Under the pieces are notes generated by a model, which worked only from the letters and a program-made list of their open reading frames with translations, searched no databases and was not told the DNA's origin. A stretch of 64,000 bases of DNA from Blasia pusilla (lineage: Eukaryota): contig CM114271.1 of NCBI GenBank assembly GCA_050084515.1, positions 11,718,001 through 11,782,000 of the forward strand, in the 5' to 3' direction. Numbering within the stretch: position 1 is the stretch's first letter; each line of letters opens with the position of its first letter. This document shows positions 11,623 through 23,719 of the stretch, one piece after another. Both the position numbers and the translations under genes were made by a program.

Positions 11623-14600
11623 TGGTATCAGAGCGATAGGAGAATATCACTTGAAATTCTTGGTGTTTGAGGAGAGAAGAGAGGCAAGAGAAGGCAGAAC
11701 ATCAGTTTGGGAGAAGGAAATTTTGTTTTGAGCTCAGTGGGTGCAGATTTCAGGTGGAGCTTTGACGGTGATAAAACTTTGGAGGAGTTTTTAGGGCTTT
11801 CCCGGTCGATTTAGCCATCTGGATCCGTAGCGGCTAGAAAAATGTCAAAGGCTTTTTCAAGCCATCTTGTAGAGCTTATCGAGAGTTTTCCAGCTAGCCC
11901 AAAATTGCTCGATTGTGACATTCTGAGCTCCTGCAGTAGCAATTTTAGTGTAGGAAAGTGCAATTAGTGAATAAAAGTTGTGCAGTTTGCTTTCTACAAG
12001 CCAATTTTGACTAGTTCTTTCATACATTTGATCAATTTCGGCAAATTTCAGGTCAATTTCTGTGTAGGAGTGGTCTATGCTTCAATTGGAGTAGTAGAGA
12101 GCCTGAAATTATATTTTTTGTCAGTGAAATCGTTCGTCCTGGAGTTTTCCTCAACAGCAATCACAGGCGAGAAGTTAGATAAGAAGAATTATAATGTCTG
12201 GAAGTTTCGCATGAAATAATTTCTCATGGATCAAGAACTATGGGAGCTTGTCATAGGTGATGAGGCCAAGCATGAAGGTGACTCAACAGACTTGAATGTT
12301 CGCGCCTAGAACAAACGCGCAAGGTAAGTAATCCACTACATTTCAATAACAATCAGTTCGCCAATGATAGGTCACATTCAAGATGTTGATATTCCGAAGG
12401 AGGCGTGGGATGCATTGGAAAATCTATTCCACACATCTACAAAGTCCAGAAACCTTCAATTGAAACATGAATTGAACGAAGTGAGGAAAGGATCGTAGAG
12501 CATCAATGATTATATTTTGAGTATTAGACATATTGTTGATGAGTTGAATAGCATTGGAGTGACAATAGAAGATGATGATATGATTTTGTTTACTCTTCAA
12601 GGCCTTCCAAAGGATTACAAGTCCTTTGAGACCTCTATCTCTGTCAGAGAGAAGTATCCAACCTTTCAAGAGTTAGTCCCACTGTTAATCAGTGAAGAGA
12701 TGCGCCTACTAGGCAGCGGTAGCTCGTCTAGTCTGCAAGAGAGTGCGTTTTTGCAGGTTATGGATCAAATAGAGGCAAGGGTCGTGGCAGAAGCTTCTGT
12801 GATCTTGGTGGATATCAAGCATATGGAGGAAGAGACACTCAATATAACGTCACTCAATCAACTAGGAACCAGTACCAAACACAATCACAAGGTGGTGGTG
12901 GAAACCGTTGGGGTCGAAGTCAACAACAGAGGGTCCCTGGATCTTGCAATTACTGTGGGATAAAGGGTCACTATGAAAATTTTTGCTTCAAGAAGAAGGC
13001 AGATATGAGAATAGGAGCCTTACAACAATAAAACTATGTGGAGCAACAACACCAAGACGGGTACCAAGAAAAATAACATTTACAAACAGAGCATCTCTTG
13101 GTCATGACTCATCATATGGAGCAATGGTCAAGAAAGACTTGACAGCAGATTGGTACATTGACTCTGGTGCATCAAATCACATGACCTCACAAGCTAAATG
13201 GTTCAGTAGTTTGGAGCCGGTGAAAGATCCTGCAATTGTGCTCACAGAAGATGACACTCAACATCATATCACGCATACCGGTAAAGTTCCAATAGCATGA
13301 GATGGTCTTTGTGCTCTTGGAAATATTCTCTATATTCCTACCATTGTAAGAAACCTGATCTCTGTAGGACACATAGTAGAACACGCTTATCAAGTGGAGT
13401 TTAACGCAAATGGTTGTTTTATTGAAATAATGGATGACCAAACTACGATAGCCAAAGGAGCTAGATCTGGCAGAATATTCAAATTATATGTTTCTATGCC
13501 AGAGATTCAAACAGCAATGTATGGTCAAACCGGCCAACAAGTCATAGATCTAAATGTGTGACATAAGATAATTGGACATATAAATCTTTAAAGATTACAG
13601 AGTCTTTCATCATCTAATATAGTAATAGGACTTCCTAAATTAGCGAGTCCTGCTACGTTAGAGGTATGTCTTGCTTGCCAATTTGGAAAACAAGCTAGAT
13701 TTCCTTTTCCAAAGCAAGGTAGAAGAGCATCCAGGATATTGGAGTTGATCCATAGTAAATAGCATCGCAATCTAGCCTTAGTGATTGCGAGTACTTTATT
13801 TCAATTTGTTCATGACTTCCCTAGGTATATATGGGTATAATTTTTGAAAGCCAAGTTAGAGGTATTCTCAGTGTTCCAAACATTCAGAGTCCTAGTAGAG
13901 AAGCAGACTCGACAACACATTATGAAATTGTGTTGTGATGGAGGAGGAGAGTATCTTTCAACACAGTTTGATAACTATTTACGTTAGAATGGCATCCAAC
14001 GTCAAGTTACTTGCCGTTATACTCCACAAAAAAATGGAGGGGATGAGAGGAAGGATCGATGTATTGTTGAAACAACACGAGCTATGTTGAATGAGAAGAA
14101 GATGCCTAAGGTGTATTGGACAGAGGCTTTAGCATGTGCACTCTTCTTAATCAACCAAACTCTAATAGTAGGAGTTCATGATAAAACTCCATTCGAAGTC
14201 TTCACCGGAAGTAAACATGATTTCTCCTTCTTCAAAGTATTTGACTGTATTTGTTATGCTTATGTTCCTTCTAAGCGATGTCAGAAAGTAGACCCCAAGT
14301 TTGAAAGATGTATCTTCATTAGCTATGCTGATGGAACTAAGGGGTATAAGTGCTACATTCCATCCTCTAGGCAGCTTATTATTAGTCGCGATATTATCTT
14401 TGATGAGCTAAAGTCATGGTATGCTCCATCTGAGCCTATTCCACCTCTAAACTTTTCTATCGAGAGGGAGAATATGATTGTAAACCAACAGACATTGTCT
14501 TCAACTTCCCCAAGTACTAGTATAGGACTAGGAGAGGTCCTAGATTCATCGGTTAAATCTATGAGTCCATGGAGGTGAAGAGTACGTATTCAATTTGTTG

Positions 14601-15628
14601 ACACAAGTTAGAGCTTGAATCAAGTGTTAGAGGCATCTACCTGTGAACAATAACTTTGTAGATCAAATCGAGTTACACATCCAATTCATAGATTCATAAA
14701 TGAAGGTTTCCTTGTGACACATCATGCATATATGATGACCACCTTTCAAGAACAGGAGCCAAGTTATTTTGAAGAAGGTGCAAGTAAAGTCAAATGGATT
14801 AAAGTTATGGAGGAAGAGCTTGCTACATTAAGATATCAATAAACATGGGAGCTGGTTGATATACCTTCCGGTAAGGAAGCTATTGGTTGCAAATGGGTTT
14901 CCAAAATCTAGCGCAATCCAGATGTTACAATTAATATATACAAAACAAGATTGGTGGCTAAGGGCTATGCATAACAATATGACATCGATTATGAGGAAAC
15001 ATTTAGCCCTATTGCAAAGATGGCGACTACGAGAATAGTGGTTATAATTGCAGTAAGTAAGAATTGGAGATTATATCACATGGACGTCAAGAATGCCTTC
15101 TTGAATGGAGATCTACACGAGGAGGTATATATGACTCAACCACCTAGATATAACCATCCCAAGTTTCCATTTCGCGTATGCATGATGAAGAAAGCTCTAT
15201 ATGGGCTCAAACAAGATCCAAGAGCTTGATATGGCAAATATACGTTGGGCTTCAAAGAAGCAACCTACAGTTGCTTTATCTTCAACAGAGGTTGAGTACA
15301 GAGGAGCAACCAATGCAGCATGTGAGGCGGTGTGACTTCATCGATTACTTGTTGAGATTGGTGTTAGTAACTTAGGACCTAGTGTAATATATGCAAAAAA
15401 AATATTAGTAGCATCAAGCTTGCTAATAACCTTGTGTTTCATGCTCATACAAAGCATGTTGAGATCCACTATCATTTTATTAGAGAGAAAGTGCTTGCAG
15501 GAGAAATTGATCTTACGTATATAGATACAGATCAGCAAATTGGTGACATCTTAGCATTGTCGAGTTAAGTTTGAGATGTTTAGAAATGATTTAGGCGTTA
15601 GAGATATGGATATGAGCTTGAGGGGGAG

Positions 15629-15940
15629 TATTGAAGATTGAGTTACAGTCAAGCTCATGAGACACCTGAACTGCTACATTTGATACTCACATAAAGTAGG
15701 GAAGCTTAATCTTGGTTAGTCAGTTCAACGGGATTATCTTAACTAGGGTTAGTTAATCACATTTAGTCTAACTCAAGACTATGGTTAAGGTTAGGGTTAG
15801 GGTTGCTTGTACATACCCTATATAATTGAGAAAGGGACCAGCCTCCACTTATTCTCTTATTGCAAATTTCGTTCTCCATGGTGGAGTGTGAGTGTGAGAG
15901 CCGTTTACCACCAGTTATGCTTCTTTAGCAGTTTTCCACA
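15629..15940 (+). repeat. 3' LTR of copia copy 2
   Basis: Preceded by PPT gagggggag; followed by TSD ctatt. Confidence 0.95.
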
Positions 15941-15999
15941 CTATTCACTATAAATTTAAAATTCTCATTATCATTCTTACTTTTATTCTTATTCACCTA

Positions 16000-18900
16000 A
16001 TGGTGGAATCATCATTGTTGTCATCTGCAAATGGATAATTATGTGAAACTCACATGTGGCAGTCATCTAGCGGCCCTTCCTCAATCAGAAATAATTCGAC
16101 CGCAAGCTCTTGATTCTTGTGTATAAGTGGATGAAAATTTCCTCTCACTCCGATTTCTTCTCCAAATTGGAACAATTTGGTTTCCACGGATGTAAGGATG
16201 CAAACGAAGGACGTTGTAGATGAGACAGTCTAGCCAGGGATTGGAGACTCCAAAGTATGGAATCTCCTACCTTACACAAATGGACAATACATAGTGTATG
16301 GCTTGCCTTTGAAGCCTTATGTTTCTCAAGTCGAGAGTCTACAATTTCCTAGTGCACCGAGCTCCACGTTTGCCACTCCTACCTTTGGAGATCCAACATC
16401 GAGTCCAACTTCACCCGTTCGTGATAATGTTGTACTTCTTGAAGAGATTCCGAATGTCGTCGACCTCACGGGATCTGTTAGACATCAAACGGACCCTGCC
16501 TCTGCCTACTAGTGCATAAACTTGCGGTTGCAAGTTTTGAGCAATAGTTTGTTGTCATCTCTGCCCTTAAAAATGTTCAACCACATTCTTGTTGACGAGC
16601 TTCCGCCCACATATGATGGAATTTGCCTTTTTGAGTTGCCTCTACTTGCTGGTCTTGCTCAGAAGAAAGATGGAGGATGCTTGAAGGGTATGGACATAAA
16701 GTCTGACTGTCCTCGATGGTACAGGCTACAACGGACAAGTGCTTCAATTCCATATGGTCCTTCAATGGTTTCTCGTCGCCAATGCGTTGGAGCCCTCGAG
16801 TGTAGAACTCATGGCTGCCCGTTTCTAAAGCGCAATGGGGAATCAATGCATCGCAATTCCCCCCAAAGAATGCAAAAACTACATATGAGGTAGGTACGAC
16901 TATACCGCCAAGAGGCAATCGATGTCCTTATTGTGAGACCTCCCCTTTCTGCATTGGAGCGTGTCCAACATACATTTATTTCATTATGCAAGACTACAAT
17001 TCTACATCCGAGTACATCAGGCTAACAGTTCATGTTGGGTCCCAAACTCATCTTGTTACCGGTACAATTCAGAGACACATCAAGGAGGATGTGGCAAAGA
17101 AAGTGGCTGAGGTATATAGAAATTCTTCGGGATCAAAGCCTGGAGTGATCAAATTGACAAAAGCATCACAAATTTGTGAAGAATTGCTTGGAATCCCTGG
17201 CTTGGACGAGATCACAACTGCTAAGGAGAAATAATTATGGGAAAATCTAGCATTTCTCACTAATCATGAATGCTTTAGGAACTTGTTGCATCAAATACGA
17301 GTACATGATGGAAAGACGATCGAAATGGATGCCATCGTGAGGATCTAGGCTAACTCCAAAATTCCATTTATTCAGATATGGTAGTTCATGAGCCAGGAAG
17401 GCGAAGGATCTAGACCTTATGCCTTCAAAATATCTACGACATGATAGTCTAGTGGCCTCGATCTTATTGATAGAATGAGGGAAGGAGAAGATCTTTATGG
17501 CATTTGGATAAGCTTTGATATTTGCTACAGAGTGTTGAATGGATGGTTGACCATGGATGCGCATGTTTATGACCATGTGGAGAAGGGACTCAAAACCATT
17601 TTTGTGTATGAGGTAAAAGCTGAAGACATTAGAAGTCGGTTTTTTACGGCTTGCAAGGTGCATTTGCCTGCAATCCGTCGCATTTTGATAGGTTGCATCA
17701 ATCTGCAAGTCGTCGGATCTCGTTGGCTTGCAAGTTCCAAGTGTGCAAGTTTACTCACTCTACAACCCCTCGGATTCCGACAGGTTGCATCAGTCTACAA
17801 TCCGTCGGATCCCGACGGATTGCAAGTTCCAAGTGTGCTAGTTTACTCAGTTTGCAACCCATCAGATTCCCATAGGTTGCAAGTTTTTCCCTATCGACAC
17901 TTCTTGCAACCTGTCAGAATTTGATGGGTTCAAAGTCTGAAATTTGGTGAAAAAAATTCTCCCAACCCGTAGGACTATGACGACTTGCACAAAGAAATTA
18001 TAAGGAAAACTTTCCCCCTACTGGCAACCGGTCGGATTTGGTCCGGTTCCAAAAAGAGGTTCCTTTGTGATGTAAGTCGTTGGAATCCGACAGATTGCAC
18101 ATGGATTCTACAAGGCGGACTAGTCTCCTACTTGCAACTCGTCCGATTCCGACGGGTTGTAGTAGGAGGTTCCTGGGTGTCGCAACCCGTCGGAAAGCGA
18201 CGGGTTGCAGATAGAAATTCCTGGGATGCCTCCGACTTGCAACCCATCGGGTTTTGACATGTTGCAATTTTCTTTGCTTAGAGATCTTTTTCCATTCCCT
18301 TATCACATTTTTGTCTCAAGGATTGAACCTTCACGAAAATGCCCTCTGCCCCAACACAAGTGGAGCCAAGAGTGTTCATTCCACTTGGAGGTCAATCCAA
18401 GCATGCCAAAAAATTTCACTCATGGAGGCATGCCAACAAGACCAAGCAAGGGCAATGCTGCAATCCAAACATCCCATATCTTCCTCACAAAAGGCGTAAC
18501 CAAAGAAAAGGGTCCTTTGATTTACGAGCTCTATGTTAGGGCCGCCGTGAGATCTGGTGATGAGATTTTGTATGTGGAAGCCTTCAATCGGTCCATAGTC
18601 GAAACTCCTCTCGAGCAAGATGTCCACATTGGTGGAGACATTCATGGGCGTGTTTCAAGACGTCCCATATAGATGGTGGTAGACGAGTGTGAGCGAGACT
18701 CTTGGAGACCAGGTAAGTATCTTGACTTCATGCAAGTTAAGCACCAACATCGAGGAACAAACCTGGTGATTGATTTGGATGATGAAATTAACCTGGCAAG
18801 GTATTCAGAGACACCGGATTGCTCATAAATTCGAGTAGAAGTAACTTATCCAAAATCACTGAATATTTTATTTCAAAATCCCTCTGTTGCTGGAACTTCC

Positions 18901-19682
18901 TAACATACGGTACTTTCCTGAATAAGAACTGTACAAGGACAAGACGACCATTTCCTGGCTTTTGGGGGCTGAAAAACTTTGATCATTTTACCAGGACCAG
19001 GGATCAATTGAAGTACTTCTTCTACGGAAATGAATCATGCCCTTCCTGAAAGTCTTATCCGGCTCCCATTAGAGCTCCAGGGAATACCCTCATGATTTGG
19101 CCCATTGCTGCAGGTACCAATTGAACTCATGAGGAAGTAGAAAATCTTACAAGTGCCGGATTCATACTCGTAGACGGAGGGAGTTTGGAACAGGTTAGCA
19201 TTACAGAGACTTTCTCATTTTGGATCCAACCTCAGATTGACGTCAATATTTATCCGGAGAAGGTGGATGATCTCAATCCACTATTTCTATTCGAGTCAAG
19301 AAATGGGGTGAAGAGAAATAGAATGTGTAGGCCAACAACATAGAGAGCAAAGCAAATCGCATTAGCTCGGGAGGCAAACATGGAAATCATCGCTACAAAA
19401 GACGTTCATAGTGGCAATGGAATAGGAAGGATGTATTGGGTGAGGAACAACACTATGAATTCAAGTGTCACATAGGTGTTTATGGTACACATATGTTGCT
19501 TTCCCACATGTTCCTGTGATGACTTTGTCCAAAGAGAGAAAACTGGGAAAAGGTATTTCCCTTACAAGCATATGTACTATGTGTTGCTTGTAGTTTTAAG
19601 AGAGTCAGAGGTAGGAGTAGGAATCCACCAACCAATTTTGTCCCTTAAAGAAGTGCGTAGTATCCTAAACAAACCACTTTGA
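16000..19682 (+). pseudogene. MULE-type transposase remnant: Cys/His (WRKY/GCM1-like) DNA-binding region, partial DDE core, C-terminal SWIM finger
   Basis: SRRQCVGALECRTHGCPFL...CPYCETSPFCIGACP...RLTVHVGSQTH (16770-17050). WISFDICYRVLNGWLTMDAHVYD, a likely first catalytic Asp strand (~17500). PNTSGAKSVHSTW (TNxxES-like, ~18350). PTCSCDDFVQREKTGKRYFPYKHMYYVL, a SWIM CxC...CxH with one Cys mutated (19476-19682). Many stops and frameshifts. Confidence 0.7.
17668..18268. repeat. Palindrome array C (~12 copies) inside a predicted intron of the transposase
   Basis: Coding sequence ends at ...ACK|gtgcat (~17657) and resumes at ~18320; between them are repeated gcaacccgtcggaNtccgacgggttgc variants. 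Confidence 0.88.
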
Positions 19683-19788
19683 GGATGCAACATGAGGTCT
19701 TAGATTATACTTTGAAGTGCCAGAATGTTCACTTTGAGGATGCAACATGAGGTCTTAGATTGTACTTAAAAATGCCAGAATGTTCACT
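19676..19788 (+). repeat. 55-bp tandem duplication over the transposase stop codon
   Basis: cactttgaggatgcaacatgaggtcttagatt...gccagaatgtt occurs twice head-to-tail. Confidence 0.9.
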
Positions 19789-20152
19789 ATGAGCTTGAAC
19801 TCTAATCAGCTAAGGAAAAATGATGAATCTTTTTCAGACCTTGGATGGAAAAAGTAATTTGTTCCAAATTTGTGATTCCAATGATTTTTTAGTTTTTTTT
19901 AAAATTTTGTGCAAGTTGCAACCCATAGGATTTAGACGGGTTTCCAGAATGTGGAAGAGGAAAAACCAATTTATGGGAGTGTTTAAGCACAGAGAACAAA
20001 ATTGAAAAAATATTCACAAAAAAATCTTCCTCTCTTCAATCCAACGGAAACTATTTTCAAATCACAAGAAACTCTCTTCCAAAAAAAATATCCCTTTGGG
20101 TTGAAGGTAGTTTTCTCTCTCCTCTCTTCCTCTCTTCCTCTTACCGCGCCTC

Positions 20153-20412
20153 CAGGTCAAGAGGCAAGGAGATGTCCCACGAGCATAGGTTACCGTGGAG
20201 AGGGCTTGGGAGAGGGAAGGGTGTACACCTCCAAGAGAGAGAGCTTGAGAGCTCATTCTCTCTTTGTTCAACCTCTTGGCATGAAGCGACGGAGCTATGG
20301 TCATCCTTGCCTTGTGTGTGTAACCCAAGCCTATCATAAGGAGAGTGGGTTTGGTTTGACATGAGAGAGAGTGCACACCATGGAGAGCTTGGTGTGAGAT
20401 TTGATCGATTTT
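20153..20412 (+). repeat. Fragment of a long LTR-like dispersed repeat (family also at 30766-32038 minus and 41514-42700 plus)
   Basis: aggtcaagag...gagagctcattctctctttgttcaacctc...gtaacccaagcc...ggagagtgggtttggtttg is shared by all three loci. Confidence 0.85.
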
Positions 20413-20414
20413 AT

Positions 20415-20692
20415 TGGAGATATTTTGGTACTTCTCGTTGTTTGGATGCCATGAGTTAGCATGGGATCATGTGTGTATGTTCGGTAACACCGATGTATGT
20501 TGTGTAGCAATGTGTATGCGTACGACAACTTGCTCCTGATACAATATTGGTGGCGAGGCATGCAGACTGACATCCAGAAGTTTGTCATGCGCATACATAT
20601 GGCTACATAACATACATTGTTGTCACCGAACATACACACACACATACTCATGGCATCCAAACAACAAGATGAGAAGTACCAAAATATCTTCA
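20415..20692. repeat. Two short (~110 bp) gypsy LTR copies in inverted orientation
   Basis: tggagatattttggt...gtacgaca (20415-20527) and its reverse complement (20583-20692); same family as 42740-42867 and 42927-43042. Confidence 0.8.
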
Positions 20693-21430
20693 ATCGCCCT
20701 CTAGTTGATGGTTAGGTCCCTCTAACTATAGATAGCCATCTATCCCTACCTACTATGACATACATCTCTCAGACGCAAAGAGCAAAAATATCAGGTGCTC
20801 ATGTCGCCCCATCGTTAGTTTCCTTCCTTTCATCCATATCATAGACACAAGTCAGAATCTAACTACCTACTCTATCTACATCTGGAGCATATCCATCATC
20901 CCTGATTGAGGAACCCTAGTGAGAGTGACGTTAGATATGCCATATGCCACCCTATCAAACATCCATCACATACTAGCATAGTGGCTACACCACAGGTCGA
21001 ACCATACAACATACATTTGCAACCCTATAGGAACTACTGCTAAGCTTGGATCAACTCTAGCGTCAATATTAGGAAGGTGAGATGGCGCACAATTACGCAG
21101 AGTTGGTCCTTCCAAATCATCCCATTGTGTCCCTCCAATAAGGGAACACCAGATGGCAAAATCTCACGCACCCTTAAGATAGTGCGCCCTCCAATCACAT
21201 CCAACGTTGTGGGTGCCGTCTGTTGCAAGTAGACATATTCTCTATGATGAAACCTCTAGATAGTAGGGCGATAACCACCTCCCCAAATATTCGCATACCT
21301 CGACGTAAATTAGCAAGTATGGTGAGAAAAATGCTGAGGATGCCTGCCTGCTGAATCTGTATCCTATCACCAACCACGACAACTGGAGGTCCCAATCACC
21401 TAGGTAACCTCTGTGCAAGCCATACTAGAT
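20583..21430 (-). mobile_element. Tcn1-like Ty3/gypsy 3' remnant (integrase C-terminus, PHD finger, PPT, LTR)
   Basis: QQTAPTTLDVIGGRTILRVREILPSGVPLLEG is homologous to 49262-49735 and 43215-43616; decayed PHD at ~20870-21020. Confidence 0.85.
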
Positions 21431-22620
21431 TCCACATCCTACAAATGTGAGTCAAGTCCAAGCGTTTATAGGATTGGCAAACTTCTATCCATGGTAGGTC
21501 AAGGGTTTCAGTGTGATTGCGAGGTCTTTGACCTTGCTAAAGAGGCTTCATCAGGTTTGGCATTGGGGAGATGATCAGGAGCGAGCATTTCAAGAGCTCA
21601 AGGACAAGTTGACATCCTCACCCATTTTACAGAGACCGGTTAGGGGTCACCCATTCCAGTTACCAATCGGAGCATGTTGGGTCTAGGGGCAGTGCATACT
21701 TAGAGAGATGACAAGGAGAGGGAGTTTTTTGTGGCTTCCGCGAGCCAATCGAACAACATTGCACAGGAAAAGTACAACTCCTATGAGGGATAGTGCTTGG
21801 TTGAAGTGTGGATTGTTGCACTTTTCAAGTGCTATCTATTCGGCAACCCTTTCACACTTATCACTGATCATCAACTGTTGAGATGGTTGATGGAGTCCGA
21901 CAAGCTTATGGGAAAGCTTGCTAGATGGGCTCTATTATTGCAGGAGTACAAGTTTGAGGTGGTTCATAGGCCAGGTTGGCTGAACCAGGATGCAGATGGG
22001 TTGAGTCGCAACCCATGTTCGAGTTAGAGAGACAATGCATGAGCTCAATGGCATAGAGAGACAGACGAGGAGATGATGACTGGTTGGTACCCATCTACTT
22101 TTCTTTGTTGGTTGATTATGATAGGTCAGCAATATGTGGTTAATCTAGTGGTGGGGTTAGATGATGAGTCCTCAGATGGGATATGGATTGAGTTGGCTAG
22201 TGACATGCGGATTTTTTGTCTACCCTACAGATACTCAGATATGGAGCGAGCCTTGATTCAGAGTAGGAGTTAGGACTTGTTGGAGGCATGACTTGTGGAG
22301 TTATCGCATGGGGAGTATGCATCTTCCATATTCATGCCAGAGAAGAAGGATTTGTATGGCAATTGGACGGATAGGTGGATGTGTGGAGATTACCGTCCTA
22401 TCAACCGATAGACGAGGTCATATCAATATGCCATCATGAGGAGATCTTTGATGTGGTAGGGCATGCAAAGATCTTTAGTACTATAGATCTCCGTGTTAGC
22501 TATCATCACCTTCCTATCAAAGTGGAGGACAAGGAGAAGGCAATGTTATGGGGGATTGATTGATTCGAGAGAGATTGTTTGTATTAGTGACGGTTCTTAC
22601 CATTTGGGTTGAAGTGCCAA
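21430..22620 (+). mobile_element. Gypsy pol fragments (RNase H followed by RT N-terminus)
   Basis: FTLITDHQLLRWLMESDKLMGKLARWALLLQEY (21797-22027); EEIFDVVGHAKIFSTIDLRVSYHHLPIKVEDKEK (22375-22563). Confidence 0.85.
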
Positions 22621-23336
22621 CATAGAAAGAATTATTAGTGCCTCCTTGCACAACAATTCATTCATAGTTCTCTGTCTTTTGGCCATTGCTACAACTACAA
22701 AGGTAAAAGGTAGACAGTTAATGGCTTGAAAGCGAATATGAGAGCTTTCTGGATAATTTCCAGCAAGCGGTTGTGAATCACATATGTTCATACAACTGGT
22801 GTAGAGCTACATCGAGCTATACAACTGAGTACAGAAATCGTAGCCTCAACACCCTAAGATTTCTGCACAGCTGTGAACCAAATGCAAGGGAAGAAATGCC
22901 ACAGCACAAAAGCAATAGAATAAAACCGCGAAGGCCCTTTCAATGTGAAGCCCTTGAGAGCAGGAAAATGAAATACGGGTTAAGAGGAAAACAACAAGCC
23001 AATGTGCGGGTGAGCTGCCTCACAACTACGCAGCAAGAGCGAGAGAGAGGCCCACCAAGGTGCCAATCGGCCACGTAACCAAAACGAGAACCGCAGAAAT
23101 CTGCGCGATTAGAACCGTAATGACCAAGTGAGGGAGTTTGATCTACAAAGAAGTTCTGAGAGAGTTCTACCCGCACAAGAAGAGCGGCTCCAGATCACCA
23201 AGGCTCACGAAATATGAAATCACAAGATTGCAAGCTTCCACACGAGTATGAATGACTAGAATGTTACTTAACAAAGAAGGTTGCACCGCATCAAGCGAAG
23301 CAATGCAAGACTGAAGAAGAAGACGGAGGCACGAGC

Positions 23337-23719
23337 AGCGGGGGTGAGGCAATCAAGAGCGGAGACACTCCAGTCTAGAATCTCCAAGATAATCGAGCTC
23401 GACTCAATGAAGAAATGGCGGGTCCGATGTGGAGCAGCAAAAATCATCAACGGCGAGTAGTGGGAGGAGGCGCGAGAGAGAATCACGGCGGGGCTAGGTG
23501 TTCAAACAAAGGTGCACAAACACGAAGCGGGAGTGAGGCAATCAAGAGCGGAAACACTCGAGTCAGAATCTCCAAGATAACTTAGCTCGACTCAATGAAG
23601 AAATGGCGGGTCGATGTGGGAGCAAAAAAATCTGTCAACGGCGTAGTAGTGGGAGGAGGTGCGAGAGAGAATCACGCTGGGCGGGCTGCAGAGTTCAAAG
23701 CAAAGGTGCACAAACACGA
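23337..23719 (+). repeat. ~190-bp diverged tandem duplication
   Basis: gtgaggcaatcaagagcgga...ctcgactcaatgaagaaatggcgggtc...caaaggtgcacaaacacga at 23337-23525 and 23527-23719. Confidence 0.9.

Larger units (their letters stand above)
11312..15940 (+). mobile_element. Ty1/copia copy 2 with both LTRs and TSD; part of RT deleted; decayed
   Basis: LTRs 11312-11622 and 15629-15940; TSD CTATT at 11307-11311 and 15941-15945; PBS tggtatcagagc (tRNA-iMet) 11623-11634; PPT before 15629. Gag, protease WYIDSGASNHMT, integrase (~13750-14420), RT (MDVKNAFLNGDL, ALYGLKQ) joined at ~15240 to RNase H (WASKKQPTV). Confidence 0.97.
7468..20152. mobile_element. Large Mutator-like (MULE) element with a divergent ParB-like gene and palindrome arrays; interrupted by copia copy 2 and cut on the left by the CACTA insertion
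   Basis: One 29-bp palindrome family recurs from 7814 to 19945, on both sides of the copia insertion. Transposase remnant on plus, ParB-like remnant on minus. Sharp junction to a dispersed LTR-like repeat at 20152/20153. Confidence 0.7.
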
